From: Thalassobaculaceae bacterium
GTDB lineage: Bacteria; Pseudomonadota; Alphaproteobacteria; Thalassobaculales; Thalassobaculaceae
Direction: 5' to 3'
Assembly: GCA_965228875.1 (NCBI GenBank)
Contig: OZ245843.1
Span: forward strand, 912,616-976,615
DNA length: 64,000 bases
The stretch's first letter is position 1. Every line of letters begins with the position of its first letter. Shown here in pieces: positions 49,664-59,578 of this stretch. The position numbers and the translations under genes are program-made. The notes below the pieces were generated by a model. It did not search any database, was not told the DNA's origin, and saw only the letters and a program-made list of their open reading frames with translations.

Positions 49664-49678
49664 TTAACAGACCCTTAA
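49664..49678. promoter_or_regulatory. CtrA-type box (TTAA-N7-TTAA)
   Basis: TTAAcagacccTTAA lies 34 nt upstream of the pentapeptide ORF start (49629), in the region divergent from dnaE. Confidence 0.6.
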
Positions 49679-49947
49679 TTGAAGGGGTCCCGTTCAAAGG
49701 AAAAAGGTTTGATTTTTCTGTATATTTGCGTCAATTGCGCGCTCGGTGCTCCGGCACGGACGCCGGGGACGGAAGGCCTGCTGAGGGCGCATCGATCCTT
49801 GTGAATCCAGGCGCGAGTCGCGCGTTCGGCGGCGGGTCGGCGGGAGCGGGTTTCGGCTCCAGGACGGCCTGTTCGGAAAGGCGACGATGAGGGATCGTGA
49901 CCCCCTCGGGCCGGTATGGGACACTCCCCGGCGCTTCCGGAGGTACC

Positions 49948-52900
49948 ATGACCCACGCCGACTTCGTCCATCTCCGCGTCCACTCCGCCTATTCGCTGGC
50001 GGAGGGCGCGATCCACGCCAAACAGCTCGTCAAGCTGGCCAAGGGCCAGGGCATGCCGGCGGTGGCGATGACCGACAGCGGCAACATGTTCGGCGCGCTC
50101 GAGTTCGCTGTGACGGCCGCGGGCGAGGGGGTGCAGCCGATCGTCGGGGTGCAGCTCAACATCCGCCGTCCGGTCGACAGCGAGCGCCGGGGGCTGCGGG
50201 TCGTCGGCGGTCGTGACGTCCTGCCGGACCAGCTTCCGTTGCTGGCGCAGAACGAGGTCGGGTACCGCAACCTGATGAGCCTGGTCAGCCAGGCGTTTCT
50301 CGATGGCACCGGCGAGGAGGTGCCGCAGCTTTCGCTCGATCAGTTGGAGGGGCGCACGGACGGCCTGATCGCCCTGACAGGTGGCATCAAGGGCGGCGTC
50401 GGCCGCCTGCTGCTCGAGGACCGCCGCAGCGATGCCGAAGCGATGCTGACCCAGCTCCAGGCGCTGTTCCCGGGCCGTCTCTATGTCGAGCTTCAGCGCC
50501 ACTTCCTGGATGAGGAAAACCGGATCGAGGGACCCCTGATCGACCTCGCCTACGGCCGGGACCTGCCGCTGGTGGCCACCAACGACGTGTTCTTCGCCGA
50601 TCCGGACATGCACGAACCACACGACGTGCTGCTGTGCATCGCGCAGAGCACGACGATCGGCAACCCCAAGCGCTGGCGGGTCACGCCGCACCATCGCTTC
50701 AAGACCGCCGAGGAGATGCGGGAGCTGTTTTCCGACATCCCGGAGGCGATCGACAACACACTGGTCATCGCCCGGCGCTGCGCCGTGATGCCGGAGAAGC
50801 TGAAGCCGATTCTGCCGCGCTTCGATACCGAGGGCGGACGCAGCGAGGCCGAGGAACTGCGCGCCCAGGCGGAGGAGGGGCTGGAAGGTCGACTGGCTGC
50901 GCATGTGTACACCGCCGAGATGGACCCGGCGGCGCGCGAGGAGGCGGCCAAACCCTATCGTGAACGGCTTTCCATGGAGCTGGGAATCATCGAGCAGATG
51001 GGCTTTCCCGGCTACTTCCTGATCGTGTCGGACTTCATCAAATGGGCGAAGGCCAGGCACATTCCCGTGGGGCCGGGTCGCGGGTCCGGCGCCGGGTCGC
51101 TTGTCGCCTATTCGCTGCTGATCACGGACCTCGATCCACTGCGCTGGGGCCTTCTCTTCGAACGGTTCCTGAATCCCGAACGCGTGTCGATGCCGGACTT
51201 CGACATCGATTTCTGCCAGGACCGGCGCGACGAGGTGATCCGCTACGTCCAGGACAAGTACGGTCGCGACCGTGTCGCCCAGATCATCACCTTCGGCAAG
51301 CTCCAGGCCCGCGCCGCCCTGCGCGATGTTGGCCGGGTGCTGGAGATGCCCTACGGCCAGGTCGACCGGATCTGCAAGCTGGTACCCAACAACCCGGCCA
51401 ATCCCGTGACCCTGGAGCAGGCGCTGCAGACCGAGGAGGAGCTTCGGGCCCAGCGCGACGCCGACGAGAACGTCGCCAACCTCATCAAGGTCGCGCTCAA
51501 GCTCGAGGGGCTTTACCGCAACTCCTCGACCCACGCCGCCGGCGTGGTGATCGGCGACCGCCCGCTGGACGAACTGGTGCCGCTGTACCGCGACCCGCGC
51601 TCCGACATGCCGGTCACCCAGTTCAACATGAAATGGGTCGAGCAGGCGGGCCTGGTGAAGTTCGACTTTCTCGGTCTGAAGACGCTCACGGTGCTTCAGC
51701 GCGCCGTCGATCACCTGAAGGAACGGGGGATCGAGATCGACCTGTCCCAGGTGCCGCTCGATGACGGACCGACCTACGCCATGCTGGCCAAGGGCGAGAG
51801 CACCGGGGTGTTCCAGCTTGAAAGTTCGGGCATGCGCGACGTGCTGCGCCGCCTGCGGCCCGACCGGTTCGAGGACATCATCGCGCTCGTGGCCCTGTAC
51901 CGCCCGGGGCCGATGGCGAATATCCCGAAATACATCGCGTGCAAGCACGGCGAGGAGGAGCCGGACTACATGCACCCGGTGCTGGAGCCGGTGCTGACTG
52001 AGACCTTCGGCATCATGATCTATCAGGAGCAGGTGCAGCAGGCGGCGCAGCGGCTGTCCGGGTACACGCTGGGTGGCGCCGACCTTCTTCGCCGGGCCAT
52101 GGGCAAGAAGATCAAGGCCGAGATGGATGCCCAGCGGGAGAAGTTCGTCACCGGCGCGGTCGAGAACGGCGTCGACGAGGCGCAGGCCAGCGGCATCTTC
52201 GACCAGATCGCGGCCTTCGCCGGCTACGGCTTCAACAAGTCTCACGCCGCCGCCTACGCCCTGGTCAGCTATCACACCGCCTATCTGAAGGCGAACTACC
52301 CGGTCGAGTTCCTGGCCGCTTCGATGACCTACGACATGGGCAACACCGACAAGCTGAACGTGTTCCGCCAGGAACTTCAGAAGCTGAAGATCGACCTGCT
52401 GCCGCCGGACGTGAACCGCTCGCGCCGCGACTTCGCCGTGGAGCGTCAGGGCGACGACCGCTACGCCATCCGCTATGCGCTGGCGGCGATCAAGAATGTC
52501 GGCGGGTCGGCCATGGACGCGCTGGTGGAGACGCGGGAGCAAGACGGCCCGTTCAAGAGCCTCTCGGACTTTGCCGACCGCGCCGATCCGACCCAGGTGA
52601 ACAAGCGGTTGCTGGAGAATCTGGTGCGCGCCGGCGCGTTCGATCAGCTTCATCGCAACCGGGCGGAACTGTTCGAGAACCTGGAGACCGTGATGCGCCA
52701 CGCCAGCGTGGCCGCGAGCGAGCGCCAGTCGAACCAGGTCAGCCTCTTCGCCATCGAGGGGGGCGCCAGCCAGGAGCCGGATATCCGCCTTAAGCAGCGT
52801 CCGGAATGGCCGCAGATGGACCGTCTGAAGGAGGAGTTCGACGCCCTCGGATTCTACCTCTCGGCCCATCCTCTGGATGCCTATGCCGAAAGCCTGGCGC

Positions 52901-53439
52901 GCCTGGAGGTGGTGTCGTCGACCGACGCCCAGGCGGCGGCGGCACGGCGCGGCGGCCAGACCCGCCTGGTTCTCGCCGGCATCGTGGTCGGTCGCCAGAT
53001 CCGGACCTCGAAATCCGGCAACCGCTTCGCCTTCGTCCAACTCACCGACCGCACCGGCGTTTTCGAGGTGACCCTGTTCTCCGAGGTGCTGGCCGCGTCG
53101 CGCGAACTGCTGGACTCGGGAGAGCCGTTGCTGGTGCGCGCCGACGCGCGGATCGAGGACGACAACCTCCGTCTGCTGGCCTCTTCGATCGAGCCGCTGG
53201 ACAAGGCGGTGGAACGGACGGCGGCGGGCCTGGAGATCTTCCTGCACGATGTCACGCCGCTGGAGACGCTCAAGTCGCTGATCCAGAACGAGGGGCGGGG
53301 CCGGGGGCGGATCCATGTCGTGGTTCCGACGGCCAAGGGCGACGTGCGCATCAAGCTGCCGGAAGCCTACCAGGTCTCCAGCCGGCTGCGGGGCGCGGTG
53401 AAGGCGCTTCCCGGCATTGATCACGTCCGGGATCTCTAG
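49948..53439 (+). CDS. dnaE: DNA polymerase III alpha subunit
   Basis: Motifs FVHL.VHS.YS, GPGRGSGAGS, ERVSMPDFDID, HAAGVVI, KFDFLGL and FNKSH, plus an OB-fold. No intein seen. Confidence 0.97.
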   Translation: MTHADFVHLRVHSAYSLAEGAIHAKQLVKLAKGQGMPAVAMTDSGNMFGALEFAVTAAGEGVQPIVGVQLNIRRPVDSERRGLRVVGGRDVLPDQLPLLAQNEVGYRNLMSLVSQAFLDGTGEEVPQLSLDQLEGRTDGLIALTGGIKGGVGRLLLEDRRSDAEAMLTQLQALFPGRLYVELQRHFLDEENRIEGPLIDLAYGRDLPLVATNDVFFADPDMHEPHDVLLCIAQSTTIGNPKRWRVTPHHRFKTAEEMRELFSDIPEAIDNTLVIARRCAVMPEKLKPILPRFDTEGGRSEAEELRAQAEEGLEGRLAAHVYTAEMDPAAREEAAKPYRERLSMELGIIEQMGFPGYFLIVSDFIKWAKARHIPVGPGRGSGAGSLVAYSLLITDLDPLRWGLLFERFLNPERVSMPDFDIDFCQDRRDEVIRYVQDKYGRDRVAQIITFGKLQARAALRDVGRVLEMPYGQVDRICKLVPNNPANPVTLEQALQTEEELRAQRDADENVANLIKVALKLEGLYRNSSTHAAGVVIGDRPLDELVPLYRDPRSDMPVTQFNMKWVEQAGLVKFDFLGLKTLTVLQRAVDHLKERGIEIDLSQVPLDDGPTYAMLAKGESTGVFQLESSGMRDVLRRLRPDRFEDIIALVALYRPGPMANIPKYIACKHGEEEPDYMHPVLEPVLTETFGIMIYQEQVQQAAQRLSGYTLGGADLLRRAMGKKIKAEMDAQREKFVTGAVENGVDEAQASGIFDQIAAFAGYGFNKSHAAAYALVSYHTAYLKANYPVEFLAASMTYDMGNTDKLNVFRQELQKLKIDLLPPDVNRSRRDFAVERQGDDRYAIRYALAAIKNVGGSAMDALVETREQDGPFKSLSDFADRADPTQVNKRLLENLVRAGAFDQLHRNRAELFENLETVMRHASVAASERQSNQVSLFAIEGGASQEPDIRLKQRPEWPQMDRLKEEFDALGFYLSAHPLDAYAESLARLEVVSSTDAQAAAARRGGQTRLVLAGIVVGRQIRTSKSGNRFAFVQLTDRTGVFEVTLFSEVLAASRELLDSGEPLLVRADARIEDDNLRLLASSIEPLDKAVERTAAGLEIFLHDVTPLETLKSLIQNEGRGRGRIHVVVPTAKGDVRIKLPEAYQVSSRLRGAVKALPGIDHVRDL

Positions 53440-53512
53440 CGGGTCGAGGGCGAAGCTCGACGGCATCGTTCTGGCCGGTCCGCGTCGCCGGGTACGTGTC
53501 TAACGAACCCCG

Positions 53513-53557
53513 TCGTGGGACGTTAGGTCGTGAGGCGTAAGATCGTGGTGCGTTAGG
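53513..53557 (+). repeat. Three imperfect 15-bp direct repeats TCGTGnnnCGTWAGR
   Basis: tcgtgggacgttagg / tcgtgaggcgtaaga / tcgtggtgcgttagg. Confidence 0.75.
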
Positions 53558-53714
53558 AGGATTGCCCTCGCGGCGTTTCGGTGGATGATGTCCAGGTTTT
53601 GATCGCTCCGTCGAGCGGCGCCGGCACGCGTCAATGCCGGAGCGGCTCCGGACGTTCAGCGACTGCCGCGTCCCGTTCTGGGGCGTCGAGATCCGATACA
53701 GCCGAGGGACCGCC

Positions 53715-55244
53715 ATGAAACGCATCGCCATTCTGGGTTTCGCGCTGGAGAGCAACGCCTTCGCTCCGTCCTGCGCGCGCTGGGATTTCGAACAGCGCGG
53801 GACCTATCGCGGCGCGGAGATCACCGAACTGGCCCGCAAGGACCCGTCGCCGCTCTACAACGGCATCCGCGGCTTCTACGCGGTGATGGACACAAAGTAC
53901 GGCCGCGACGGCTGGGAGCCGGTGCCGGTGACCCACGCCTCGTCGCAGCCGGCCGGGCCGGTGGAGGAGGGTTTCTTCAACGAGCTTCTGGCCGAGTTCG
54001 AGGCGGGATTGAAGGCCGCCGGCCGGCTCGACGGCGTCTATATCGCCGAGCATGGCGGGGCGACCGCGACCCATACCCATGACCCGGATGGCGAGGTCTT
54101 CGCCCTGGTGCGCCGCTGCGTCGGCCCGGATGTGGCCGTGGTCGCGACCCTCGACCTGCACTGCAACATCTCCGACGTGATGATGGACAGCGCGGACATC
54201 CTGATCGGCTACCGCGAGAACCCGCATGTGGACATCTACGAGCGCGGCGCCGAGGCGGCGACCCTCATGGACGAGATGCTCACCACCGGGGTGACGCCGA
54301 CCGCGTATCGGGTGCGGCTGCCGCTGGTCGCCCCCTCGGTCACCCAGCTCACGGCACCCGGCCATCCCTATGGCGACCTGATCCGTCTGGGTCAGTCAAA
54401 GCTGGACGACCGGGTGATGAACGTCTCCATCGTCTCGGGCTTCGCCTTCGCCGACACGCCGAAGAACGGCATGACGGTGATCGTCACCACGCGCGACGAT
54501 CCGGCCCATGCCAAGGCGCTGGCGGTTGAACTGGCCACGGCCGGCTGGGCCGATCACCAGCGGTACCGGACCAACATGACGCCGCTCGCCGAGGCGGTGG
54601 CGCGGGCCAAGGCGGTCGGCGCCGACCCGGTCCTGCCATCCCTTCTGTTCGCGGATCCGGCGGACAATCCCGGTGGCGGCGGGCGCGGCAACACGACATA
54701 CATCCTCAAAGCGTTCCTCGAAGCCGGCGTCCACGGCGCGGTCTTCGCCGTGTTCTACGATCCGGCGCTGGTCAAGATGGCGCAGACCGCGGGCGAGGGA
54801 GGCACCTTCCGGGCTCGGATGAACACCGAGGAGTCCGCTCGCTACTCCGAGCCGCTGGAGTGGGATGCGCGGGTTGTCCGACTGCACGACGGCGATTTCG
54901 TCGGCCGGTACGGCATGGCCGAGGGCAAGAACGTCAGCCTGGGCGATACAGCGATCCTGGCCCTGGACGGGATCGAACTGATCGTCATCTCCAAGCGCCA
55001 GCAGTGCCTGTCGACGGACTTCATCGCGGAACTCGGCCTCGACGTGGTCGGCGCACGCTCGATCGTGGTGAAGTCGCGCGGTCATTTCCGTGCCGGCTTC
55101 CAGCATCTGTTCCCGCCGGAGCGAATCCTGGAGGTCGATGTACCGGGGCTGACGTCACCGAACCTTGCCAATTTCGATTGGACCGGCCTGCCGCGTCCGG
55201 TGTTCCCGCTGGACCCGGAGACCGAGTGGACCCCGCCCGCCTGA
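53715..55244 (+). CDS. M81 family metallopeptidase (MlrC-like), second paralogue
   Basis: Motifs ESNAF, EHGG, LDLHCN, YRENPHVD, DNPGGG and KSRGHFRAGF. Confidence 0.9.
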   Translation: MKRIAILGFALESNAFAPSCARWDFEQRGTYRGAEITELARKDPSPLYNGIRGFYAVMDTKYGRDGWEPVPVTHASSQPAGPVEEGFFNELLAEFEAGLKAAGRLDGVYIAEHGGATATHTHDPDGEVFALVRRCVGPDVAVVATLDLHCNISDVMMDSADILIGYRENPHVDIYERGAEAATLMDEMLTTGVTPTAYRVRLPLVAPSVTQLTAPGHPYGDLIRLGQSKLDDRVMNVSIVSGFAFADTPKNGMTVIVTTRDDPAHAKALAVELATAGWADHQRYRTNMTPLAEAVARAKAVGADPVLPSLLFADPADNPGGGGRGNTTYILKAFLEAGVHGAVFAVFYDPALVKMAQTAGEGGTFRARMNTEESARYSEPLEWDARVVRLHDGDFVGRYGMAEGKNVSLGDTAILALDGIELIVISKRQQCLSTDFIAELGLDVVGARSIVVKSRGHFRAGFQHLFPPERILEVDVPGLTSPNLANFDWTGLPRPVFPLDPETEWTPPA

Positions 55245-55303
55245 GATCGGCCTATCCCCTGAGATCGGCCCATTCCCTGCGATCGGCCTGTCCGAAATCG
55301 GTC
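55243..55303 (+). repeat. Degenerate 18-bp tandem repeat (GAGATCGGCC core)
   Basis: gagatcggcctatcccct / gagatcggcccattccct / gcgatcggcctgtcc / gaaatcggtc, between convergent genes. Confidence 0.75.
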
Positions 55304-55307
55304 GGCA

Positions 55308-55811
55308 TCAGGTCGCGAGGGTGTCGAAGTCGAACACGATGACGCCGAGGACCATGTCGACCCGACGGCCGTCCTCGGCGAGTGGCAGGTAAAGCCGCTC
55401 GATGTTCACGAAGTCCTTGGCGAAACGCAGCGACGGGCGGCCGAGCCGGTGGCTCGGCTTGCCCATGTCGAAGACCTGATCGCGATAGGCCTTGCTCGCG
55501 CTTCTGTCGAAGTCCGGGTAGACCTCGTCGAGGAGGCGGCCCGTGGCGTCCCAGCCAATGGACTCGACCAGCGCCGAGCCGAGCAGCCGGTAGCGCATGC
55601 GTCCGCTTTCCGCGTCGCGCTCGACCAGGGAAAGGTTCGGCAGGACCTGGGGAATCTCGACAGGGTCGATATCGGCGCGCCGCGGCAGGAGGTCGCCCCG
55701 GCATTTGCCCCGCCAGTAAGCGTAGGCTGCCCGCACGACCGGCGACTGCATCCTGTCGACGCGCAGAGCGCGCGAGATCTCGGCGAGCGGCATGGGTAGG
55801 TGATCCTTCAA
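55308..55811 (-). CDS. Stand-alone PAS_5-like domain protein
   Basis: Pattern YW..K....LP.RADIDP.EI...LP...VE...YRL.G...ERL.LPL. Start is 55811 (TTG) or 55793 (ATG). Confidence 0.8.
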   Translation of the reverse strand: MKDHLPMPLAEISRALRVDRMQSPVVRAAYAYWRGKCRGDLLPRRADIDPVEIPQVLPNLSLVERDAESGRMRYRLLGSALVESIGWDATGRLLDEVYPDFDRSASKAYRDQVFDMGKPSHRLGRPSLRFAKDFVNIERLYLPLAEDGRRVDMVLGVIVFDFDTLAT

Positions 55812-55851
55812 TACGAAGAAATTTTATGAAATTTTCCAGAATAATCTATGG

Positions 55852-56200
55852 TTAATAACACAGTTGTATTCGGTCGCGAACGAGGGCATCGCCATCGAGC
55901 GTCACCTCGGCGCAGAACCAGACCGTCATCGCCGAGTTCGCTGGCCGGCGGCAGCGGGCGGTTCCGTTCTCCAGCACCTCGAACCAGGCGCGAGCCTCGC
56001 TTCCTTGGATGTCGCGATAGGCCCCGGTGAGTGGCGGCGCCGAGAGGAGGCGCGCGCGCTCTGCGCCGGAGACCTCAAGGCGCCGGGCGCTCGGAGGGTA
56101 GCAGAGCGCCTCTGCGATCCGGTCCCCCAGCGGTTCTGCCGTGAACCGTTCCGTCGCAAGGGCGTCGTGGAGCACCGACGAAGCGAGAACCACCAGCAGT
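55852..56200 (-). CDS. Possible small exported Cys-containing hypothetical protein (start unresolved)
   Basis: Hydrophobic ILLVVLASS...ALA segment, then about 100 aa with 4 Cys. The 5' part of the computed ORF overlaps the rpsB promoter and leader, and no clear start codon is present. Confidence 0.3.
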
Positions 56201-56217
56201 ATCGCCGCTATGCAGCC

Positions 56218-56246
56218 TTGCCAAACCGGCCTGCAGCCTGTAGATA
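56218..56246 (+). promoter_or_regulatory. Putative sigma70 promoter of the rpsB operon
   Basis: TTGCCA-N17-TAGATA. Confidence 0.55.
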
Positions 56247-56257
56247 GGCGCCCGCTT

Positions 56258-56370
56258 AAATCCGCACACGAGCACGCGTTCCCCCGGGTCCGGTTCCAAC
56301 CGGCGCGGACGGATCGCTCCGGTGCCGGGGCTCCGCCTCGGCGATCGCTCGTGGAGGTCGAACCGGAAAA
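56258..56370 (+). ncRNA. rpsB 5' leader (t44 / S2 autoregulatory RNA-like)
   Basis: Elements CGCACACG...GGTGC...GTGGAGGTCGAACC lie between the promoter and the rpsB start and resemble known rpsB leaders. Boundaries approximate. Confidence 0.55.
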
Positions 56371-56383
56371 CCCGAGGAAAGAC

Positions 56384-57202
56384 ATGACCGTCCCTACATT
56401 CACGATGCGCCAGCTGCTCGAGGCCGGTGTGCATTTCGGCCACCATACCCGCCGCTGGAACCCGAAGATGGAGCCCTACATCTTCGGCGTGCGCAACAAT
56501 GTCCACATCCTGGATCTGCGCCAGACCGTTCCGTTGCTGTACCGCGCGCTCGAGGCGATCAGCCAGGTCGTGGCCAATGGCGGGCGCGTGCTGTTCGTCG
56601 GCACCAAGCGCCAGGCGGCCGACATGATCGCCGAGGCGGCGAAGAAGTCGGGCCAGTACTACGTCAACCACCGCTGGCTCGGCGGCATGCTGACCAACTG
56701 GAAGACCATCTCCAACTCGATCAAGCGTCTGCGTGACCTCGAAGAGCGTCTTGAGGGCGGCGTCGGCGGCATGACCAAGAAGGAGACCCTCAATCTGACC
56801 CGTGAGCGCGACAAGCTGGAGCGGGCGCTTGGCGGCATCAAGGAGATGGGCGGTCTGCCGGACATCATGGTGGTGATCGACACCAACAAGGAGTCGCTGG
56901 CCATTCAGGAGGCGAACACCCTGGGCATCCCGGTGGTGGCGATCCTGGACAGCAACTGCGATCCGGATGGCGTCAGCTTCCCGATTCCGGGCAATGACGA
57001 CGCCATGCGCGCCATCGCCCTGTACACCGAGCTGCTCAGCGACGCGGTCATCGGCGGCCTGCAGGCCGAGGTGATGGCGACCGGCGGCGACGTGGGTGAG
57101 AACGAGGAGGCTCCGGCCGAGCCGGCGCTCGCGGCTGAGACCGTCGCGGACGCGCCCGCTGCCGACGCGGCCGGGCCGGCGGAGCAGCAGGCCAACGCCT
57201 GA
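56384..57202 (+). CDS. rpsB: 30S ribosomal protein S2
   Basis: Motifs [24 protein letters not shown] and PGNDDA. Confidence 0.98.
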   Translation: MTVPTFTMRQLLEAGVHFGHHTRRWNPKMEPYIFGVRNNVHILDLRQTVPLLYRALEAISQVVANGGRVLFVGTKRQAADMIAEAAKKSGQYYVNHRWLGGMLTNWKTISNSIKRLRDLEERLEGGVGGMTKKETLNLTRERDKLERALGGIKEMGGLPDIMVVIDTNKESLAIQEANTLGIPVVAILDSNCDPDGVSFPIPGNDDAMRAIALYTELLSDAVIGGLQAEVMATGGDVGENEEAPAEPALAAETVADAPAADAAGPAEQQANA

Positions 57203-57308
57203 TCGTTCGGGTGAGCCCGTCCGCTTGGGCGGGAACAGTTACCGTATAGTCGAGGCGGCGGCCACAAGGTCGCCGCCATGGAACCATACCAGCGACGAGG
57301 ATCGAACC

Positions 57309-58232
57309 ATGGCTGTCACGGCTGCTCTGGTGAAGGAACTGCGCGAGAAGTCCGGCGCAGGCATGATGGACTGCAAGAAGGCGCTGACCGAGACCGACGG
57401 CGACCTGGATGCGGCGATTGACTGGCTGCGGACCAAGGGTCTGGCGTCGGCCGCCAAGAAGTCGGGCCGCGTCGCGGCCGAGGGCCTGGTTGGGACGGCG
57501 GTCGACGGAACCACGGGTGCGGTGCTCGAGGTCAACTCCGAGACCGATTTCGTGGCCCGCAACGAGAGCTTCCAGGCGTTTGTCGAGACGGCGACCAAGC
57601 TCGCCCTGTCGACCGGCGACGACATCGAGGCTCTGAAGGGCGTGGCCTATCCGGAGACCGGTCGCACGGTCGCCGAGGAGCTGACCCACAACATCGCCAC
57701 CATCGGCGAGAACATGGCCCTGCGCCGCGCGAAGGTGCTGTCGGTCGGCGACGGCGTCGTCGTCCCGTACGTGCACAACGCCGCGAAGCCCGGCCTCGGC
57801 AAGATCGGCGTCCTCGTGGCGCTCGAGTCGACCGGCGACAAGGACAAGCTGGCCGAGCTTGGCAAGCAGATCGCCATGCACGTGGCCGCCGCCGCGCCGC
57901 AGAGCCTGTCGACCGACGATCTTGATCCGGCGTCGATCGAGCGCGAGCGCACCGTCCTGGTCGAGCAGGCCCGCGAGAGCGGCAAGCCGGAAGAGATCAT
58001 CGAAAAGATGGTCGAGGGCCGGTTGCGCAAGTTCTACCAGGAAGTGGTTCTGCTCGAGCAGACCTTCGTGGTCGATGGCGAGACGAAGATCGCCAAGGTC
58101 GTCGACAACGCCGCCAAGGACGCCGGCGCGCCTGTCAAACTGTCCGGTTTCGCCCGCTTCCAGCTCGGCGAGGGCATCGAGCGCGAGGAGAGCGATTTCG
58201 CGGCCGAGGTCGCGGCCCAGCTCGCCAGTTGA
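57309..58232 (+). CDS. tsf: Elongation factor Ts
   Basis: Motifs [26 protein letters not shown] and RFQLGEGI. Confidence 0.98.
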   Translation: MAVTAALVKELREKSGAGMMDCKKALTETDGDLDAAIDWLRTKGLASAAKKSGRVAAEGLVGTAVDGTTGAVLEVNSETDFVARNESFQAFVETATKLALSTGDDIEALKGVAYPETGRTVAEELTHNIATIGENMALRRAKVLSVGDGVVVPYVHNAAKPGLGKIGVLVALESTGDKDKLAELGKQIAMHVAAAAPQSLSTDDLDPASIERERTVLVEQARESGKPEEIIEKMVEGRLRKFYQEVVLLEQTFVVDGETKIAKVVDNAAKDAGAPVKLSGFARFQLGEGIEREESDFAAEVAAQLAS

Positions 58233-58262
58233 GACCGGCACAGCTGCTGCAGGGAGAGACGC

Positions 58263-59012
58263 ATGGCGGACGGCGACAGCGGGGAAAGCGGTACATCCGG
58301 GGAACCCGTCTATAAACGCGTCCTGCTGAAAATCTCGGGAGAGGCCCTCATGGGGGGCCTCTCCTATGGAATTGATCCGGAAATGGTCGACCGCGTGGCG
58401 GGGGAGATCCAGGCGGTCTCCCAGGCCGGCACCGAGGTCTGCCTGGTCATCGGCGGCGGCAACATCTTCCGTGGCATTTCGGCCGCGGCCGCCGGCATGG
58501 AGCGGGCGACGGGCGACTATATGGGTATGCTGGCGACGGTGATGAACTCGCTCGCCATGCAGAGCGCCCTGGAACGTCACGACATCCAGACCCGCGTGCT
58601 CTCCGCCCTGCCGATCGCGGCGGTGTGCGAGCCCTATATCCGCCGCCGCGCGATGCGCCACATGGAGAAGGGGCGGGTCGTCATCTTCGCCGCCGGCACC
58701 GGCAACCCGTTCTTCACCACCGACACGGCGGCGGCGCTGCGGGCCTCCGAGATGGGGTGCGACGCGCTGCTGAAGGCAACGAAGGTCGACGGCGTCTATG
58801 ACGCCGATCCGATGAAGGTGCCGACGGCAAAGCGATACGAGAGTCTCTCCTACATGGACGTGCTCAGCCGCGACCTGAAGGTGATGGACGCCTCGGCAAT
58901 CTCGCTCGCCCGCGAGAACGAGATTCCGATCCTGGTGTTTTCCATTCACAATAACGGTGCGTTCGCCGACGTGGTCCACGGCAAGGGCCGGTACACGATC
59001 ATTACGGAGTAG
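58263..59012 (+). CDS. pyrH: UMP kinase
   Basis: Motifs [17 protein letters not shown] and GNPFFTTD. Confidence 0.97.
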   Translation: MADGDSGESGTSGEPVYKRVLLKISGEALMGGLSYGIDPEMVDRVAGEIQAVSQAGTEVCLVIGGGNIFRGISAAAAGMERATGDYMGMLATVMNSLAMQSALERHDIQTRVLSALPIAAVCEPYIRRRAMRHMEKGRVVIFAAGTGNPFFTTDTAAALRASEMGCDALLKATKVDGVYDADPMKVPTAKRYESLSYMDVLSRDLKVMDASAISLARENEIPILVFSIHNNGAFADVVHGKGRYTIITE

Positions 59013-59018
59013 AAGACG

Positions 59019-59576
59019 ATGGCGGAGCCCGACCTCGACGACCTTCAGCGCCGCATGGACGGCGCCGTCACCGCCCTGAAGACGGAGTTCGGCGGTCTTC
59101 GCACCGGCCGGGCATCGGTCAGCCTGCTGGAGCCGATCACCGTCGACGCCTACGGCGCCAAGATGCCGATCAACCAGCTCGGCACGGTCAGCGTTCCGGA
59201 ACCGCGGATGCTGTCGGTGCAGGTCTGGGACCGGACGATGGCCAAAGCGGTGGAGAAGGCGATCCGCGACAGCGACCTCGGCCTCAACCCGCAGGCCGAC
59301 GGTCAGCTGATCCGCATTCCGCTGCCGGACCTGTCCGAGGAACGGCGGCGTGAACTGGTGCGCGTCGCCTCCAAGTATGCCGAGAGCGCGCGGGTCGCCG
59401 TGCGCAACGTGCGGCGGGACGGGATGGACCTGCTGAAGAAGCTGGAGAAGGACGGCGATCTCAGCCAGGACGACCGGCATCTGTACGAGCAGGAGATCCA
59501 GGACCTCACCGACGCCCATGTCAAGGAGATCGACACGGCGCTGGAGGCCAAGGAACAGGACATCATGCAGGTCTGA
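59019..59576 (+). CDS. frr: Ribosome recycling factor
   Basis: Motifs LRTGRA, LGLNP, EERR.EL and AVRNVRR. Confidence 0.97.
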   Translation: MAEPDLDDLQRRMDGAVTALKTEFGGLRTGRASVSLLEPITVDAYGAKMPINQLGTVSVPEPRMLSVQVWDRTMAKAVEKAIRDSDLGLNPQADGQLIRIPLPDLSEERRRELVRVASKYAESARVAVRNVRRDGMDLLKKLEKDGDLSQDDRHLYEQEIQDLTDAHVKEIDTALEAKEQDIMQV

Positions 59577-59578
59577 CG

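Noticed and set aside
49948..53439. Intein or unusual insertion in DnaE
   Set aside because: The length (about 1160 aa) and motif order are normal, and no intein splice motifs were seen.
49675..53466. 1263-aa minus-strand ORF, and similar long antisense ORFs such as 28939-31890, 57048-59594, 10718-12484 and 16254-18125
   Set aside because: They mirror well-supported genes on the opposite strand, have no recognisable motifs, and are expected in high-GC DNA with biased codon use.
53513..55303. Short repeats at 53513-53557, 55243-55303 and 43295-43327 as CRISPR arrays
   Set aside because: The units are 15-18 bp, tandem, lack unique spacers, and no cas genes are present.
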